A stretch of DNA of 64,000 nt, from the NCBI GenBank assembly GCA_964188305.1, contig OZ076888.1; one strand, 5' to 3'. Source of the DNA: Podarcis bocagei (Eukaryota). Under the pieces are notes generated by a model, which worked only from the letters and a program-made list of their open reading frames with translations, did no database searches and had not been told where the DNA came from. Of this stretch, positions 1-12,800 are shown in pieces; positions within the stretch are counted from its first letter, which is position 1, and every line of letters starts with the position of its first letter. The position numbers were made by a program, and so were the translations under genes.

Positions 1-2490
1 GTCTGTTGTGTAATCCCTCAGTCTAACAGGGTTCATGAAAGGATACGGCAAATTGAGGCTGAGAGCACTGGTGGCTTGTTAGTAGGCAAAGTCAGGAGGT
101 GCAGCTTCACACCAGCTTGTGTAGGAAAGTGGAAATGGACAATTCGGAGAGAGTTTAGCTAACCATCCTTAATGTAACAAAACTTGTGGCATCTCTGAAA
201 CATCTAATACAGTGACTTGATGCTGAGTAAGGTAGAGTAAGTAGAGTGCTATGGTATTTTGGTCCGTAGGCTTGACTATTTGTGTTGCAATCCAATTCAT
301 GCTTTTATTTTTAGAAGAGCACGTTGAGCTGTCATCATTGTGGGAAGATGCTCGTTAAAGGGACAGAAGGCAAAAGTGGGCCTTGCTAGGATTTAGAATT
401 AAGGTTTGTGAGGGGACCTCTTTCCCCTTGGCTCCTTTTCTCTCTTTATACCACCAGGCAAGGGCCATATCCCCTATCATCCTATACAAGTTCTGGCTCT
501 TCCAAATTAATTTGAGCTGTATGGAATTTCCTTCAGAACCAATGGTGCAATATTAAGCATATTTATAGAGACATGGCATTTCTGAGCACGGAATTTAGGT
601 CCTGTTGATTTGAGACTTGCTCCTAAGTAGACATGCATGAAGATTGGCTTCTAGCTTCTGAACAGAACAATCTCCTTTGCCAAAGTGGATATTGTAAGTT
701 AAGTGTAGATCTAACCCGGACTCCATGGAGGGCATTGCATTTGGTCTATAATGGAAAATAGAGAAACCTATTGAGAGAATGAGTAGCTCAAGAAGGTCAT
801 GGGGCATACTTGGGGGTTTTTTTTGGGGGGGGGGGAAACCTTCATTCATACATTATACAGTATCAAGAGATTTTGCTGTATACTATGTGTATACTTGGTA
901 AACTCTGTAACTGTTTTCAAGCACAAATACTGTAGTCCTAAATGGGGAGCGGGGAGGAAACATTATTATTACACTGACAAAAATAAATCCTTCCATACTT
1001 ATGCATGAATCAGCCACTGAGGGCAATGTTTGGCATTATGCTGTTCTACTCTTTCAAAAAAGATATCTAAAGAAAGTACTTATTTTGGAATATTTTTGTT
1101 CATCCCGAAGACATTTCTATGAATGTACATGCAAAGTGAACCCAAATTTCTATACTTCCAGCCACACTGTTTTTGAATGTCTGGGGCCTGATTTTAAGTA
1201 GTTTTAAGTAGCGCTGAGCCAAAATGGGAAATGAGCACTGAGTTTCATGAACATTTTCTCTCTGTGTGAAATGTGCCTCCCTTTTCTGGACAATTTTGCA
1301 CAGCCCTTTGTGAAAGGGTATGAAACTCCTTGCAAGGTGTTAGGTATGTAGAAGTGGGGAGGCATCCCTGTTGCTGAGGCACAATTGCTGCTCCATTGCA
1401 GCAGTTTAGTTACATGTAGTTGATTTCATTAGGGCAGGATAGGGGTGCACATCTGAACATAGTTGTACACAAGGCTTATTGTGACAGCACTCACTGGTAC
1501 AGAGTACTGGAACCTCTTACCTTGGCCATCCTTAGCAGCCATTTTGTGATGGTACTCCAAGCACTTTTATCAGTGCAGAATATGCATACCAGCATCTCTC
1601 TTCTTCTTTTTCTTCTCTTTGCATAGGAGTATCCTATTGAAATCAGTGCAGTGGAGATGGTTAGTGTTTGCATCTGAATCCATATTCCTATGTGCTGTCT
1701 GTCCTAGCTCATGCCGTGCAACAAGAAAAGGAGGGACATTTGCTGTGTAATGATGGCATATGATGAAATTGCCTAGTGAAGCAAGTTGGGGACCAACAGG
1801 CTGGTGGCCTGAGCTTCAGGCATGCATTCTCTCTTTCCTTGTGCTCCTTCAGTATGAGGGCAGTGGGTAAGCTTCATTTGCCCTTGCTGAAATCATCGTA
1901 TGTTCAAATGTGGCTGTGCGATGACTTCATTCTGTTCACAGTGTGTGATCCCTAGTTAGCTAGAATTGCATAGTGAAGAAGCCCTTCCTATATATATATA
2001 CATACATACATACACATGCACACATATAAAAACAATAGGAACAATGGCAATGAACAGGCCTGGAAGAAGGTAGGAGGTTTCTTGCAAACTTTTTGCCCCC
2101 GTCAAAATGCAGAGCTTGCTTTTGAAATAAAAAACATTTGTGAAAACCTGGCACAGCACTGTTTTTAGTGTCATGTTTCCCAGATGAGCCCTGAAGCTCT
2201 TTGCAAAATCTAGGCCCAGTCAGAAAAGTCAGTTGCTGTTTTGCTATGTTTAGGCAGTATACAATTCAGTGGTTTCAGTTTGTAGGGTGTGCTGTCCCCC
2301 CCCCCCCCTTGTTTAGAAAGAGAATTGGCAAGGCTGCTGGCATTTTCTTAAGTACATGCTGTGGAGTGGCAACACAGAACATAGTGATAATGTTACACAA
2401 ATAAAGTTACTTCCTTATTGCTGCTAGCACCATTAGGGGATATGAAAATCTCTTATGTAGGATTATTTTATGCAAGTTTAGTTAGAAGTA

Positions 2491-2667
2491 CTGTATTTAC
2501 TCGAGTCTAATGCTCCATCAAATCTAACACACACCTCAGTTTTCAGAACCTTGAAACAACTAAAAAAAGTTGGCAAATGTAAATGTGCCACCGAATGTAA
2601 TGCACACCCTAATTTTCGCAACATAATTTGGCCAAAAAAGGTGAGCATTAGATTTGAGTAAATACGG
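2491..2667. mobile_element. Tc1/mariner (Tc2-type) non-autonomous MITE
   Basis: TA|CTGTATTTACTCGAGTCTAATGC ... GCATTAGATTTGAGTAAATACGG|TA. About 23-bp imperfect TIRs and TA duplication. Confidence 0.8.
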
Positions 2668-2865
2668 TAATTCTTACTGATTTCAGAAGTGCTAATTCAC
2701 ATTTAAGTGTACAGTGGATTTGAACCTCGATTGATTTTATTTTAGCCACTTATAACCCATCTCTCAATTCAATAGATTCATAAAGTGGCTTATCAAATAA
2801 TGGAAGGCCAAAAAGTTACATAATCCATACAAAAAGTAACATAAAATGGCAACATAAAACAGTGG

Positions 2866-2977
2866 TGTTGTTGTTTGTTAAAAGCCTGGATAAATGCATA
2901 TGCTTTGGTTTGATATATTTTTGTTGTTGTTTGTTAAAAGCCTGGATAAATGCATATGTTTTGGTTTGATATATTTT
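2866..2977. repeat. Tandem duplication, 2 x 56 bp
   Basis: Unit TGTTGTTGTTTGTTAAAAGCCTGGATAAATGCATATG(C/T)TTTGGTTTGATATATTTT repeated with one mismatch. Confidence 0.92.
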
Positions 2978-4614
2978 TAAAAGCCAGTTACCCCCAAGGT
3001 CCTGATCCTGCAAATGTTTTCATGAATTAAACTGCTGAAGTTTCTTCTCTGATTTGTTAAGGCTTGCACTGCTTATCTGATAGGATATTTTTGTCTGTAG
3101 AAATTGAGGGTATTTTTGTCTGCATGAAATGAGGCATATGGACACTGATTATCAAAAGATCTTTCCAGATTGTTTTAAAATTTATTCATGAGGATCATCA
3201 TAATGGAAAGGTCCTCCCAGATCCTTTGCTCTATACTTGTTTTGTTGTAATGGATTTGGGTTTTTTTGTTTTGGTTTTGGTTTTACTCCCAGAAGCACCC
3301 CTTATTGGTCTGTTTCAGGTTTTAATTCTGATTGAATTTCTCTTTCTTCTGTCCTTTTTTCTGTTTTAACCCTTGATTTCTGGTAAATGAAATACAGATG
3401 TTATTGAATCATTTTGAATTCTGTAAGGGCTTGTTCATCTCTCTCTCTCTCTCTCTCTCTTTTAACCTGAGTACACAAACTACCAGAATTTAAATAGCAA
3501 ATTCCATGTGTTGTGCCATCAGTTGTGGATGATTCATGCCCATTTAAGTGGCTGGGCTTCCCTGCAATAAACAGAAGTGGGACCAATCCTTTTTCAGTCA
3601 CCATTTCTGTGCACGCTGCAGAAAAACCTAACCATTTAAATTCCCAGGTACCGTTTAGAACAGATGGCACGGCTAAAGTAGCTTGGCATTTTTAAAAATG
3701 TAGCATGTGTCCACATTTAAAAAGTAAAGTGTGAATGGCTCTGAAGCTGTGTTTCCAAATATATATTTGCAGATGCGTTTTATATATGGTGCACACGAAT
3801 GTGTCACTGTTGTGTGCAGTGTGTCCCGAGTTCATTACACACGACTGAATTCTGACAGATAACTGAGCCACAGTATACAAGACGAACGTGATTGCAGGTG
3901 GCATTGAGATGCCAGCAACCACGTGGGGTTGTGTGCAATGTCAACTGTCCTGGGATACTCCTGATTTTATGGATTTAGAGATCTACCTTCTGACTCTTCT
4001 CTCCCCGCCTCAATGTATTGGAGCTGCGACAACATATGTAGGATGTAGGCCTCTTAAACTCTTTTGCAGGGCTGATATTTTTAGAATACGCAGACCACAT
4101 ACATGGGATGTTGTCCAGTACCTGGTAATATCTAGGAAGTGCAAATACTTGGGGATAGAGAGAGTTTAATTATATGTGCCAGATTTGTGTGATACAAAAT
4201 ACCTGTTTTGCCTGAACTCCTATCCCAGAACCCTGTGGCAAAGGAGAGGCTTGCAGTAGGCGATGCTTTTTGACAGAACTGGGCTGCTTACTTCTGCATG
4301 TATATTGTTCTTCCTGTTTGGCCAAGAAAATAGGGGTGGTATATATATTGTGGAACTATATGTTGGCTCCTTTCACTAGATTCTAATCCAAATGAAATCC
4401 AGCTTGAAAGCACTTGGATTTCAGCTGCTGCCTAACCAGATGGACTTAATATTTTGGTTATGCAGCAAGATGACTTGGTCTTTCTGTTATTCTGACACTT
4501 CTGAAGCTTAGCGACTGCTTTAAAACCAGGTGCCTCTGGAGAACTGCTGTGCATTGCTGGCTTGAGAAAGCTGATTTGGTGGCCAAAAGTTTACCCATAG
4601 GAAAGATCACGAAT

Positions 4615-4812
4615 GCAGCCAGTGTGGTGTAGTGGTTATAGTGTCAGGCTAAGACCAGGGAGGTTCAGCTTCAGATTCCCATGCCGCCACAAAGCTTGCT
4701 GGGTGATACTAGGTTGAATAATAGTGACTGGCCCAATAGGATTGCCATGAGGGGAAAGGAAAGGCACAGGACACCCTGTACAACTGCCCTGAGGTAGGAT
4801 GGATGATATATT
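4615..4812 (+). mobile_element. Diverged tRNA-derived SINE (Squam3-type)
   Basis: Head GCCAGTGTGGTGTAGTGGTT (Pol III A box) matches the head of the young copy at 8304-8565; body degenerate. Confidence 0.65.
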
Positions 4813-6076
4813 TAGCCTCAAGAGGTCCAACATGACCTCCTTTTAAGGTTTTATTAGCTACAGAGACCACAGCTTTCCTGCATGTCTGTAGACTGTCTGA
4901 TATTCCTATCAGGCTGGTCGTAGGAGGCCAGCTGTGGGAACCGCCCCACACTTATCAGAAAGGGAGCTGTGTATTTCTTAGAAACTGAACACTGCTGTTG
5001 CTAGGTTTCTGGAGGAAGAGTTAGCACTATTTTTGTGGCTTTAGGTTTGTGCCTGCTTTATTGCAATCCTGGCTTCTGCTTCTACAGACTTTAATGCCAT
5101 GAGATCTTTTTGCTGGAAAGGACCTGCAGGTCATCTAGTCCAACAACTGTCCTCTATAACCAAATGTTCCTAATGCAGTGGTGCTCTCCAGATGCTGTGG
5201 ACTACAACTCCCATCACCTTTGAGCATGCAGCTCATGGGAGTTGGAATCTGAAACCTTTTGAGGGTACCATCTTGGCTACCCCTGCCCGAGCAGAGCACT
5301 CTGGTTGAGGACAGCAGGATCCAAGGTGCCTAATGAAAGAAGAGGTGCCTCTTATCTTAAACTAAAGACTATTAGCTTTTTTCAATACAGATAGTTGAAA
5401 ATACACACAAGGCATGGTGAACAAAATTGCTTTGGAGTTATCACTGGTCTGACCCTGGTGATGTGTACATTCTGAGCATGAAAGCAAGCTTTAAGGTACT
5501 CTTGAAGTTGCCCTTGCAGTTTAGAAATATTACCTAAAGCCTTTTGGAATATGTGGGGTTTATGAAAAAGTGTCTTTTCAACTTACCATGTTATGAAAAT
5601 ATTGAAAACTGCCCACAATAAGATACTTTATTTTATCTATAAAGCTGAGCAATATGTTTGAGTTGTTTTGTTTTTGTTCTGTAACTTTTATTTTATTACT
5701 TGTTATTGCAACTGAATATTGGTTTATGCGGATTAGTAACATTGAAAATGAAACGCACACACCACAAAAGTATCTGAAATATTGCTCAGGCCTCTCCAAA
5801 CCTGGGTCATAAATATCCGATACAGACACCTAGCTCTTTACTACCACCACCACCACGTCCAACCCTGATTTTTTTAGTGTTGATGCTATACTTTTGTGTC
5901 TTTTGCCCAGAGCTCTACAAACGGCATTGCAGCAAAAGTGCCACAGATCTAACAGACATAGTTTGATAACCACCATACTCAGAAATGTTCGGTGAAATAT
6001 ATCTGCCTGATCTGGATCCAAATGTAGATTACTGATAGTTCTCCTGGTTACTTTCAAATTCCGGACCATACATATT

Positions 6077-6189
6077 GTTGTCGTTTAGTCGTGTCCGACT
6101 CTTTGTGACCCCATAGACCAGAGCACGCTAGGCACTCCTGTCTTCCACTGCCTCCTGCAGTTTGGCCAAACTCATGTTGGTAGCTCCGA
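6077..6189 (-). mobile_element. 5'-truncated RTE-BovB LINE 3' end
   Basis: Perfect 13-bp TSD GACCATACATATT (6064-6076, 6190-6202). Minus strand reads LGATNMSLAKLQEAVEDRSA*RALVYGVTKSRTRLND, the BovB ORF C-terminus, with a CAA-type tail. Confidence 0.9.
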
Positions 6190-6248
6190 GACCATACATA
6201 TTAATCCATCTCTAATCTTGCTTCCTTGTTGGTTTCTCAGTGCTGAAA

Positions 6249-6307
6249 CCTTAAAGGGAGTGAAAGGCGGGATATCAAATCCAAACTCCTCCTCCTCTTC
6301 TTCTTCT
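6249..6307 (+). mobile_element. 3' fragment of Squam3-type SINE with (TTC)n tail
   Basis: GGCGGGATATCAAATCCAAACTC followed by a CTC/TTC tail; reverse complement of the 3' end of the 8304-8565 copy. Confidence 0.75.
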
Positions 6308-7254
6308 TTGGCATATTCTCTTTCTGCTCCTGTGTTGTAGTGATTCCTAATGGTTATGACAAAACATTTTGCTGGTTAGTTGAGTTCTGCAATATTTCAG
6401 CCTTGGCTCTTCACTACCTTCCAAGCTCTCATGGAGACAAGAAGAAATCATGCTGCACATGATATTATTGTAGAAGAGATTAGCTGATTCTTTTGAGATG
6501 TAAAACCTGGGGCCAACCTAGAGGTGACTGCAACAGTCCCTTGCATTTAAACGTGGAAATACCTCTGTCACATGCAAAGAAGGAAGGAATCTCATGGAAT
6601 GGAGAAGAATCCTTGCTCCACCCAGAATGTCTCTCCTTGAGCACCTTTTTATGCCACTGAACTCTGATCCCAGCAGTAACCTTGGCTGGGTGAAAAGCAC
6701 TTGGAGCTGGGGGGGGGGAGGGAAGTTGCAGAGGGGATTTAGAGCCCCCTTGCACACATTGCTTTGCTGCTGTAAAAATAATGTTCTCTTTGCCTCCCAC
6801 TTTCCTGTGATTGAGGTAGCCCTGTGTTTGAATGCACAGACTTGTTGCTATCATGCTGAGTTTGAGTCTTGGTACCAGGTTTCAGTGGGGCCGTGTGACT
6901 CCAGTGGAAGGCTAGGATCTGGAAGACCTGGGCTCAGATCTAAACTCTGCTATGAAGTTCAGCGGGTGACCTTGGGCTAGTTGCACATTCTACCTGAGCT
7001 GCTTCACCCTATGGTACTAAATCTCTTTTTTTGCTGGAGCATATTTTTAGATTTATTCTAGTGAGGGCAGACCAGTGAAGAAGCATGTGACTCTATTAGG
7101 ATGCAGGTACATTCTGACTGGATTCTAACTATCACTCTGTGACTTGACCTACACCTCAAGTTAAAACATAGCTCAAGCTCAAACCTGCCCAATTGCTTCT
7201 TCTGCCATTCTGAATTTTAGCTCAATATCATTCCTCCCAGGGTGCGATCCGAAG

Positions 7255-7380
7255 GCATATGATGCTGCAATCTTGCTGGTCTTAAGTCAGGTCTTCGCTT
7301 AGATGGGAGACCAATCGCCTTAGGAACCCAAGTTCCATCATGGAAGCAAGGTGGAATAATAAATCGAATAATAAAATAAA
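7255..7380 (+). mobile_element. Possible degenerate 5S rRNA-derived SINE
   Basis: CTTAGATGGGAGACC resembles the 5S internal control region CTTGGATGGGAGACC; followed by a short body and an AATAA-rich tail. Weak. Confidence 0.35.
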
Positions 7381-8303
7381 TCTTAAGGAAATATAAATCT
7401 ATCAGTACAGATATTTAAAATCAGTTGACATGTCCAACCGATCCCAAAGGTCTTGGCACCCAGAAACCAAGCGAAGAAACATTGTTTGAGATGGGCAGTG
7501 AAACTGATCAAACTGCAAGTAATTTACAGTACTGTGTCAGTTTTTATTTCAAGTCACATTTATTTGTTCTAATTGAAAAAGTGAACATGGAAAAACAGAG
7601 GCTGGGTTATTTTCACACATAGGGTTGATTTTAAATGGCCACTTTTGACATGGAAAAGTCATCACTAGATAGCATCCTGGTAACTTTGTGTAGTGCAGAG
7701 GTATTTTATATGTACCCCTTGATAACATGGTCACTGTTTTATTATACCATTGGAAGTGTTGCATAGTCATCAGGTGGTGACTCTTATATGTGTAAAAAAT
7801 GGCCATATGAATTGTTTCCCAAGTATATTTTTATAATTATTATGTTTAGAGTGGCTGTGCCATCTTAGTAGTGTATAGTAATAAAAATAAAGACACAGGC
7901 AGTGCCCATGGATGTAACATTTAAAATATAAAACACATGCAGTGACCAGTGAATTTAAATATATGTAAAGAGAAACTTGTGAGTTGCAATCAATTTCCAG
8001 GATTGCTTGCTTCTCCTCCAAGAGTTACTTTCTATGCCTCTGTAGGGGTTAACTTTGGGTATTCATGAGGCTGTATTTCTAAAGGTCGTTTTTCCATTCC
8101 CTGGAACAACATATTTTATTTAAATAAAGAAACTAGGTTAAGCAGATGTATTATTTTACATTGTCTTGGTTGTGCTGAGGACTTGACGTTGCTTAATATT
8201 TCAATAACTTACTTAGTAGCAAAGGTCTGGGTTAGCAGTCCTGCTCAAAGCATTGCAATTGCCATTTTGCAAACTGGCCCTCATACTCCAGTGGGTGTAT
8301 TAT

Positions 8304-8565
8304 AGAAGAAGAAGAAGAAGAAGAAGAGTTTGGATTTGATATCCCGCTTTATCACTACCCGAAGGAGTCTCAAAGCGGCTAACATTCTCCTTTCCCTTCC
8401 TCCCCCACAACGAACACTCTGTGAGGTGAGTGGGGCTGAGAGACTTCAGAGAAGTGTGACTAGCCCAAGGTCACCCAGCAGCTGCATGTGGAGGAGCGGA
8501 GACGCGAACCCGGTTCCCCAGATTACGAGACTACTGCTCTTAACCACTACACCACACTGGCTCTC
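8304..8565 (-). mobile_element. Young full-length tRNA-derived SINE (Squam3-type, lacertid subfamily)
   Basis: Minus strand starts GAGAGCCAGTGTGGTGTAGTGGTTAAGAG (A box), has GGTTCGCGTCT (B-box-like) and ends in a (TTC)n tail; CpGs retained. Confidence 0.88.
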
Positions 8566-8574
8566 ATAGTCGTC

Positions 8575-9028
8575 GGCCTAGATAGCACATCATATGAAAC
8601 CATGGTTTTCAACTAGCTGTGGTGTAATTTGAATGAGAAATGTGCTGGTGCATTCTGTTCAGATGTTTCTGCAGGGGTGGTCCCCTCCTCCTGCTGCTGC
8701 CATACCGCAGATGAAAGAAGACTGAGTTTGGCTTGTTGTTCAGACCAGGCTTGTGGATTGTTTTCTTCAAACAAACCATAAGCAGTAAGCCCAGAACAAA
8801 CATTGGTTATCACTCAGGATTTCTTTGGAGGAAAGAAACTATGAGCTCAAGTCCAGGCAACACGACAATCCAGCCTTCTAAGGAACACCACAGGAACTTT
8901 TGAGCAGTGTTCAATAGTACACTACTCTTTGTAGCACAATTAAGTTATTTGGACGAGTACGCTACTCATGCACATTAAACCCGTTCTTGTTATCAGATTA
9001 TGGTTTAATGTGACGTGTGAACTGGGCC
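8575..9028. mobile_element. Degenerate MITE with GGCC-terminal inverted repeats (PIF/Harbinger-like)
   Basis: Left end GGCCTAGATAGCACATCATATGAAACCAT aligns with the reverse complement of the right end, GGCCCAGTTCACACGTCACATTAAACCAT. Confidence 0.5.
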
Positions 9029-9743
9029 AATGTGTTGTATGCCTTTTATTCACCAGGTTAGGTCAGGTCTGTACATTTAAATAACCTTCCAGGACGTGTT
9101 GTTCCAAAACATGACTTCTCTTGAATTCCTATTTCTTTCAACGAGTCTAGTATAGCAGCAGAACTGTGAATTATGTCCCCTTCCCTACGCTTCTTAAGTT
9201 CATCAGTATGAATGTGCCAAGAAGGCTGTTGACTCTATTCTGTGTCTTGGATTTTGCAGTTTACAGGGAACGTCAACAGCAACACGGGTTTATATGGGGA
9301 GACGGGAGAGAAACAGCCTCATTGTTCTGTTGCTCATATGTTTCTGCATGCTGCCTTGATGTGAAAAGATCTTTAGCTGCTTTGATGTATGAATTGTTTT
9401 AGAAATGTGAAAGTACATTCCTCCTTTGTAATATCCACTTTGGGGGAAAAAGACGATGGTAGGTTAGGTTACAAAGAAGGGCGGGTAGAATGGGTTTGCT
9501 CCCTAGTGCCGTTCTGCAAACTGTTGTGCAAAGCACTAGGGGAGACCTTGCTGCACAAAGTACCTGCAGCTGCAAAGGCATTATGCAACGGCATGCCTGT
9601 ACAATGGGTACATGGAGCTCTCCAGTGCATAGTAAATATTTCTCTGTTGCAAAGCTTGTTTTGCTGCAGGGTTTGGGGGATTTCAAACACCTTACTTGCC
9701 AATGTTTCCCAGTGAGGAACTGCATATAACCCAGCTGTTAGGA

Positions 9744-9882
9744 CAGGGATGGTGAACTTATGGCCCTCCAGGTGGTTGTTGGACTGCAGCTCCTACCAGC
9801 CCCAGACAAGCACAAACAGTTACAGTGGATGATGGGAATTGTAGTCCAGCAACAACTAGAAGCCAGAAGTTCCCCATCTCTG
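9744..9882. mobile_element. Short palindromic hAT-type MITE (related copies near 5175-5285, 16953-17089, 33224-33361)
   Basis: CAGGGATGGTGAACTT ... AAGTTCCCCATCTCTG termini, with internal inverted GTTGGACTGCAGCTCC / GGGAATTGTAGTCCAGC. The same core recurs elsewhere in the window. Confidence 0.65.
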
Positions 9883-12800
9883 TATTGGACTGTGTTTTGG
9901 GCATGCGAAAAGAGGCTTAAAACTATACACAGTTCAAGATACAAAATCCAGTTAGGAAAGAGAGAACGTTATCTTGTGCAAATGGAAGAACACCTCTGGA
10001 TTTCACTTCATTGTGAAATGTTCTGCCAAGTAGGATCCGATCTTGCTTTGAGTGGAAGGGCACCTTTGGATCCACGTGACTCTTTTTGAAGTTAAAAGAA
10101 GAAGAAAAGCTCATGCCTCAGCCGTACCACTCCTTATGCAGAAGGGCATCTGTACCCAGGAATCTTCCTTCTTCCTTTCCTTTCCTTTCCTTTCTCTCCC
10201 AGGCTATGCTGTACCTGTGCTACGATGGCTCCTGGCCATAATTTTTACAAATATTCTTGGAAAAAATTAAAAATTACTTTTCATTAAAATAATAATAATA
10301 TGCCCTGTGACCTTCAGGCTACTCATCTGCTTAGTTTTGGTAACTCTTCAATATTGGGTGTTTCCAGACCATTCACTGGGCCTTTCTCCAAGATGAAGCA
10401 TTTTAAGCCTACACCCAACTATTAGGACTATGTCAGGCTGGAGGGGAGTGGCTTACCCAAGAGATCTGTTTGTGACTGTTCAACTATTACCTTAAAGACT
10501 TGTGCTAATTAACTTTGCACTGCCTGATACTTTGTAGTAAGGAATTTCAAATGCTGGGCAGCCTATTTTCTGTCAAGAGGAGGGTTCCTTAGTGTGTGTG
10601 GTTTTTTTTTTGGGGGGGGGAGCAGGGAGGTAATCGATCCATGTCTGTGTGTGCATTTGCCCATGCCAGTGACAGAGCTAGAATTAATGATTGGCAAAGC
10701 CAGGGACATGCCTTCTGGACTAGCTAATCCAGAATAAAGATTGATTTGCTTCAGTTTTCCCCATGGCTACATCAGGTTTGAATTACCAGTCCTCTGAATT
10801 TCAAATTTTGAATGAAATTATTTCTTTCTGATTTCAGTGTATGTGAGTAGGGGGGGGGGGAGAGAGAGAGACAAACAGACATCCACACTATACATTTAAA
10901 GCTCATAACTTCCCACAAAGAATCTTTAGGTTGTTAAGGGTGCTGGGAATTGTAGCTCAATGAGTGGTAAACTACAGTTCCCATGATTCTTTAGGGGAAG
11001 CCATGGCGTGGATGACAGAAACGTACCAGTTTGTTCTCAGACAGCTGGGGGGGGAGGGGGTTATTGTGGGGCCCACATTTCCCACCTGTGTTCTAAAGTA
11101 AGGGGTCAGCATCGAAGAACCACATAGCCTTATGAAATGGAGGCAGCAGAGTGTAGAGCAGTGCCACAAAATTCAGTGAATATACAATGATGGAATAAAG
11201 CTTGCTTTACTGAGGGGGTTCTAAGCATTATGCTGAATTGTGACTAAGAGTGCTTCCAGATAGGAGTTTATTATGGGATTGGTGCTGCTCATGTAGGCAA
11301 GGCTTGGTTTTGGTTTTTGTTCTTTTTTTTAGTTTCCACATGACATCATTGCCATTAAAATACTGGTCCATGCTTCAAAAGTAATAATAATAATAATAAT
11401 ATGGATCTCCCCTTACTATAGAAAATCTGATAAGTAAAAGCAGCCCATTAAGACATCTGCAATTACAGCTGGTATGGAAGCTGGTTAGCATTTTGGGGAG
11501 TGTGATTTGGGTGGGTGGCTTCTAACACAACACCCCTATACTTCCATTTGCTTCCCAGTTGAGCACAATCTAACAATTTTCTTCCTGGTAGCTCAAATGA
11601 TATGAGTGGGCTTATTTCCACCAACCTCGACATGCTGAAGGCACATTTGAATTTCAGCAACCTGATTAGGAAAGGCTGTTTTTCAAGATCTCTCTACTGT
11701 GTGGGGGGGTATGTACCTCTGAGACTATGGGCTCCTCCACATTTACCTTTTGCCCCACACTTTCTAGGCTTTGAAATTAGATAAAAATATTAATCCCTCT
11801 TGTGCAAAAGCCTTGGTACTAAAAATTAGAAACAAACAAATGGAAATGTCCACCCTCCCCCACAAAAAACCCCAAAACTACAAGTCTCTGTTTTTGCTTA
11901 TTGTGAAACAAGATAACTAAGGCTTGCAACATTTGCTCTTGTGCACTTCCTGAGAATTGTTTATGAAAAGGTGTCCTGAATAGAAAAAGTTTGTGTAGTT
12001 TGTGATGTAGAAGTGGGGCAACAAACCCACATGGGTGGAAAAACGATGAATACGCAGGATTGAGAAAACTCGGGTGTGTGGAAGCCAACTACTCACACAG
12101 AGAGATTGTATCTGAATGACCCATTTGTGATATAAGGCCCCAGTCTGGAAACACAACTGCGTGCAATTGAGTCAAATCTGGTAAACAAGAATAATAAGAA
12201 TTGGAACCGTTTGTGCTGTTCTGCAGCTAATCCCTTTTCCTCATCAGATTTTAGCTCCACTTCTGGCTAGCGTTATGTGTATATGTAATAAGGCTGGTAC
12301 TTTGAAAAACTGTGATGTCCTGTACCAAAATCGTCATTTGGGCAAACATTTCGTCCCTTCAGCCTCACAGGAATTCTGTAAATGCTGTATACAGTATTGA
12401 GGCTCTTTTCTCTGCCTTTACCAAAATAAAAATAAAAATGGAATTAATCTGGTGGTCATGTGGACATCTATAAGGAATAACAATCTGCTTAAAAAAACAA
12501 AACGCTAACTAGGATTCAGACTGCTGTTCACATACGCTTACCAGGGAGTAAACCCCTTCAAGAGAGTGGGGCTTACTTCTAAAAAGACACTTAGAAGAGT
12601 GCACTGTTAGCCAAATTCTGTCTAGCATACAACTGAGCGATGGTTATGCAACCGCACAATTTAGTCACAGTCGTGGGCAATACTTAACACATGAGTGTAT
12701 ATGATCTAACAGAAAGTCAGGATGTTACTCCATTGAATGATTATAATTTTTAGTTTAGAGGCAATTATGAGTGTACTTACTACGAGGAAGCTATGGAAGA

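Noticed and set aside
7255-7330. 5S rRNA gene
   Set aside because: Only ~15 nt resemble 5S; at best a decayed 5S-derived repeat.
8500-8565. tRNA gene
   Set aside because: The A/B boxes belong to a SINE head; there is no cloverleaf and it continues into a SINE body and tail.
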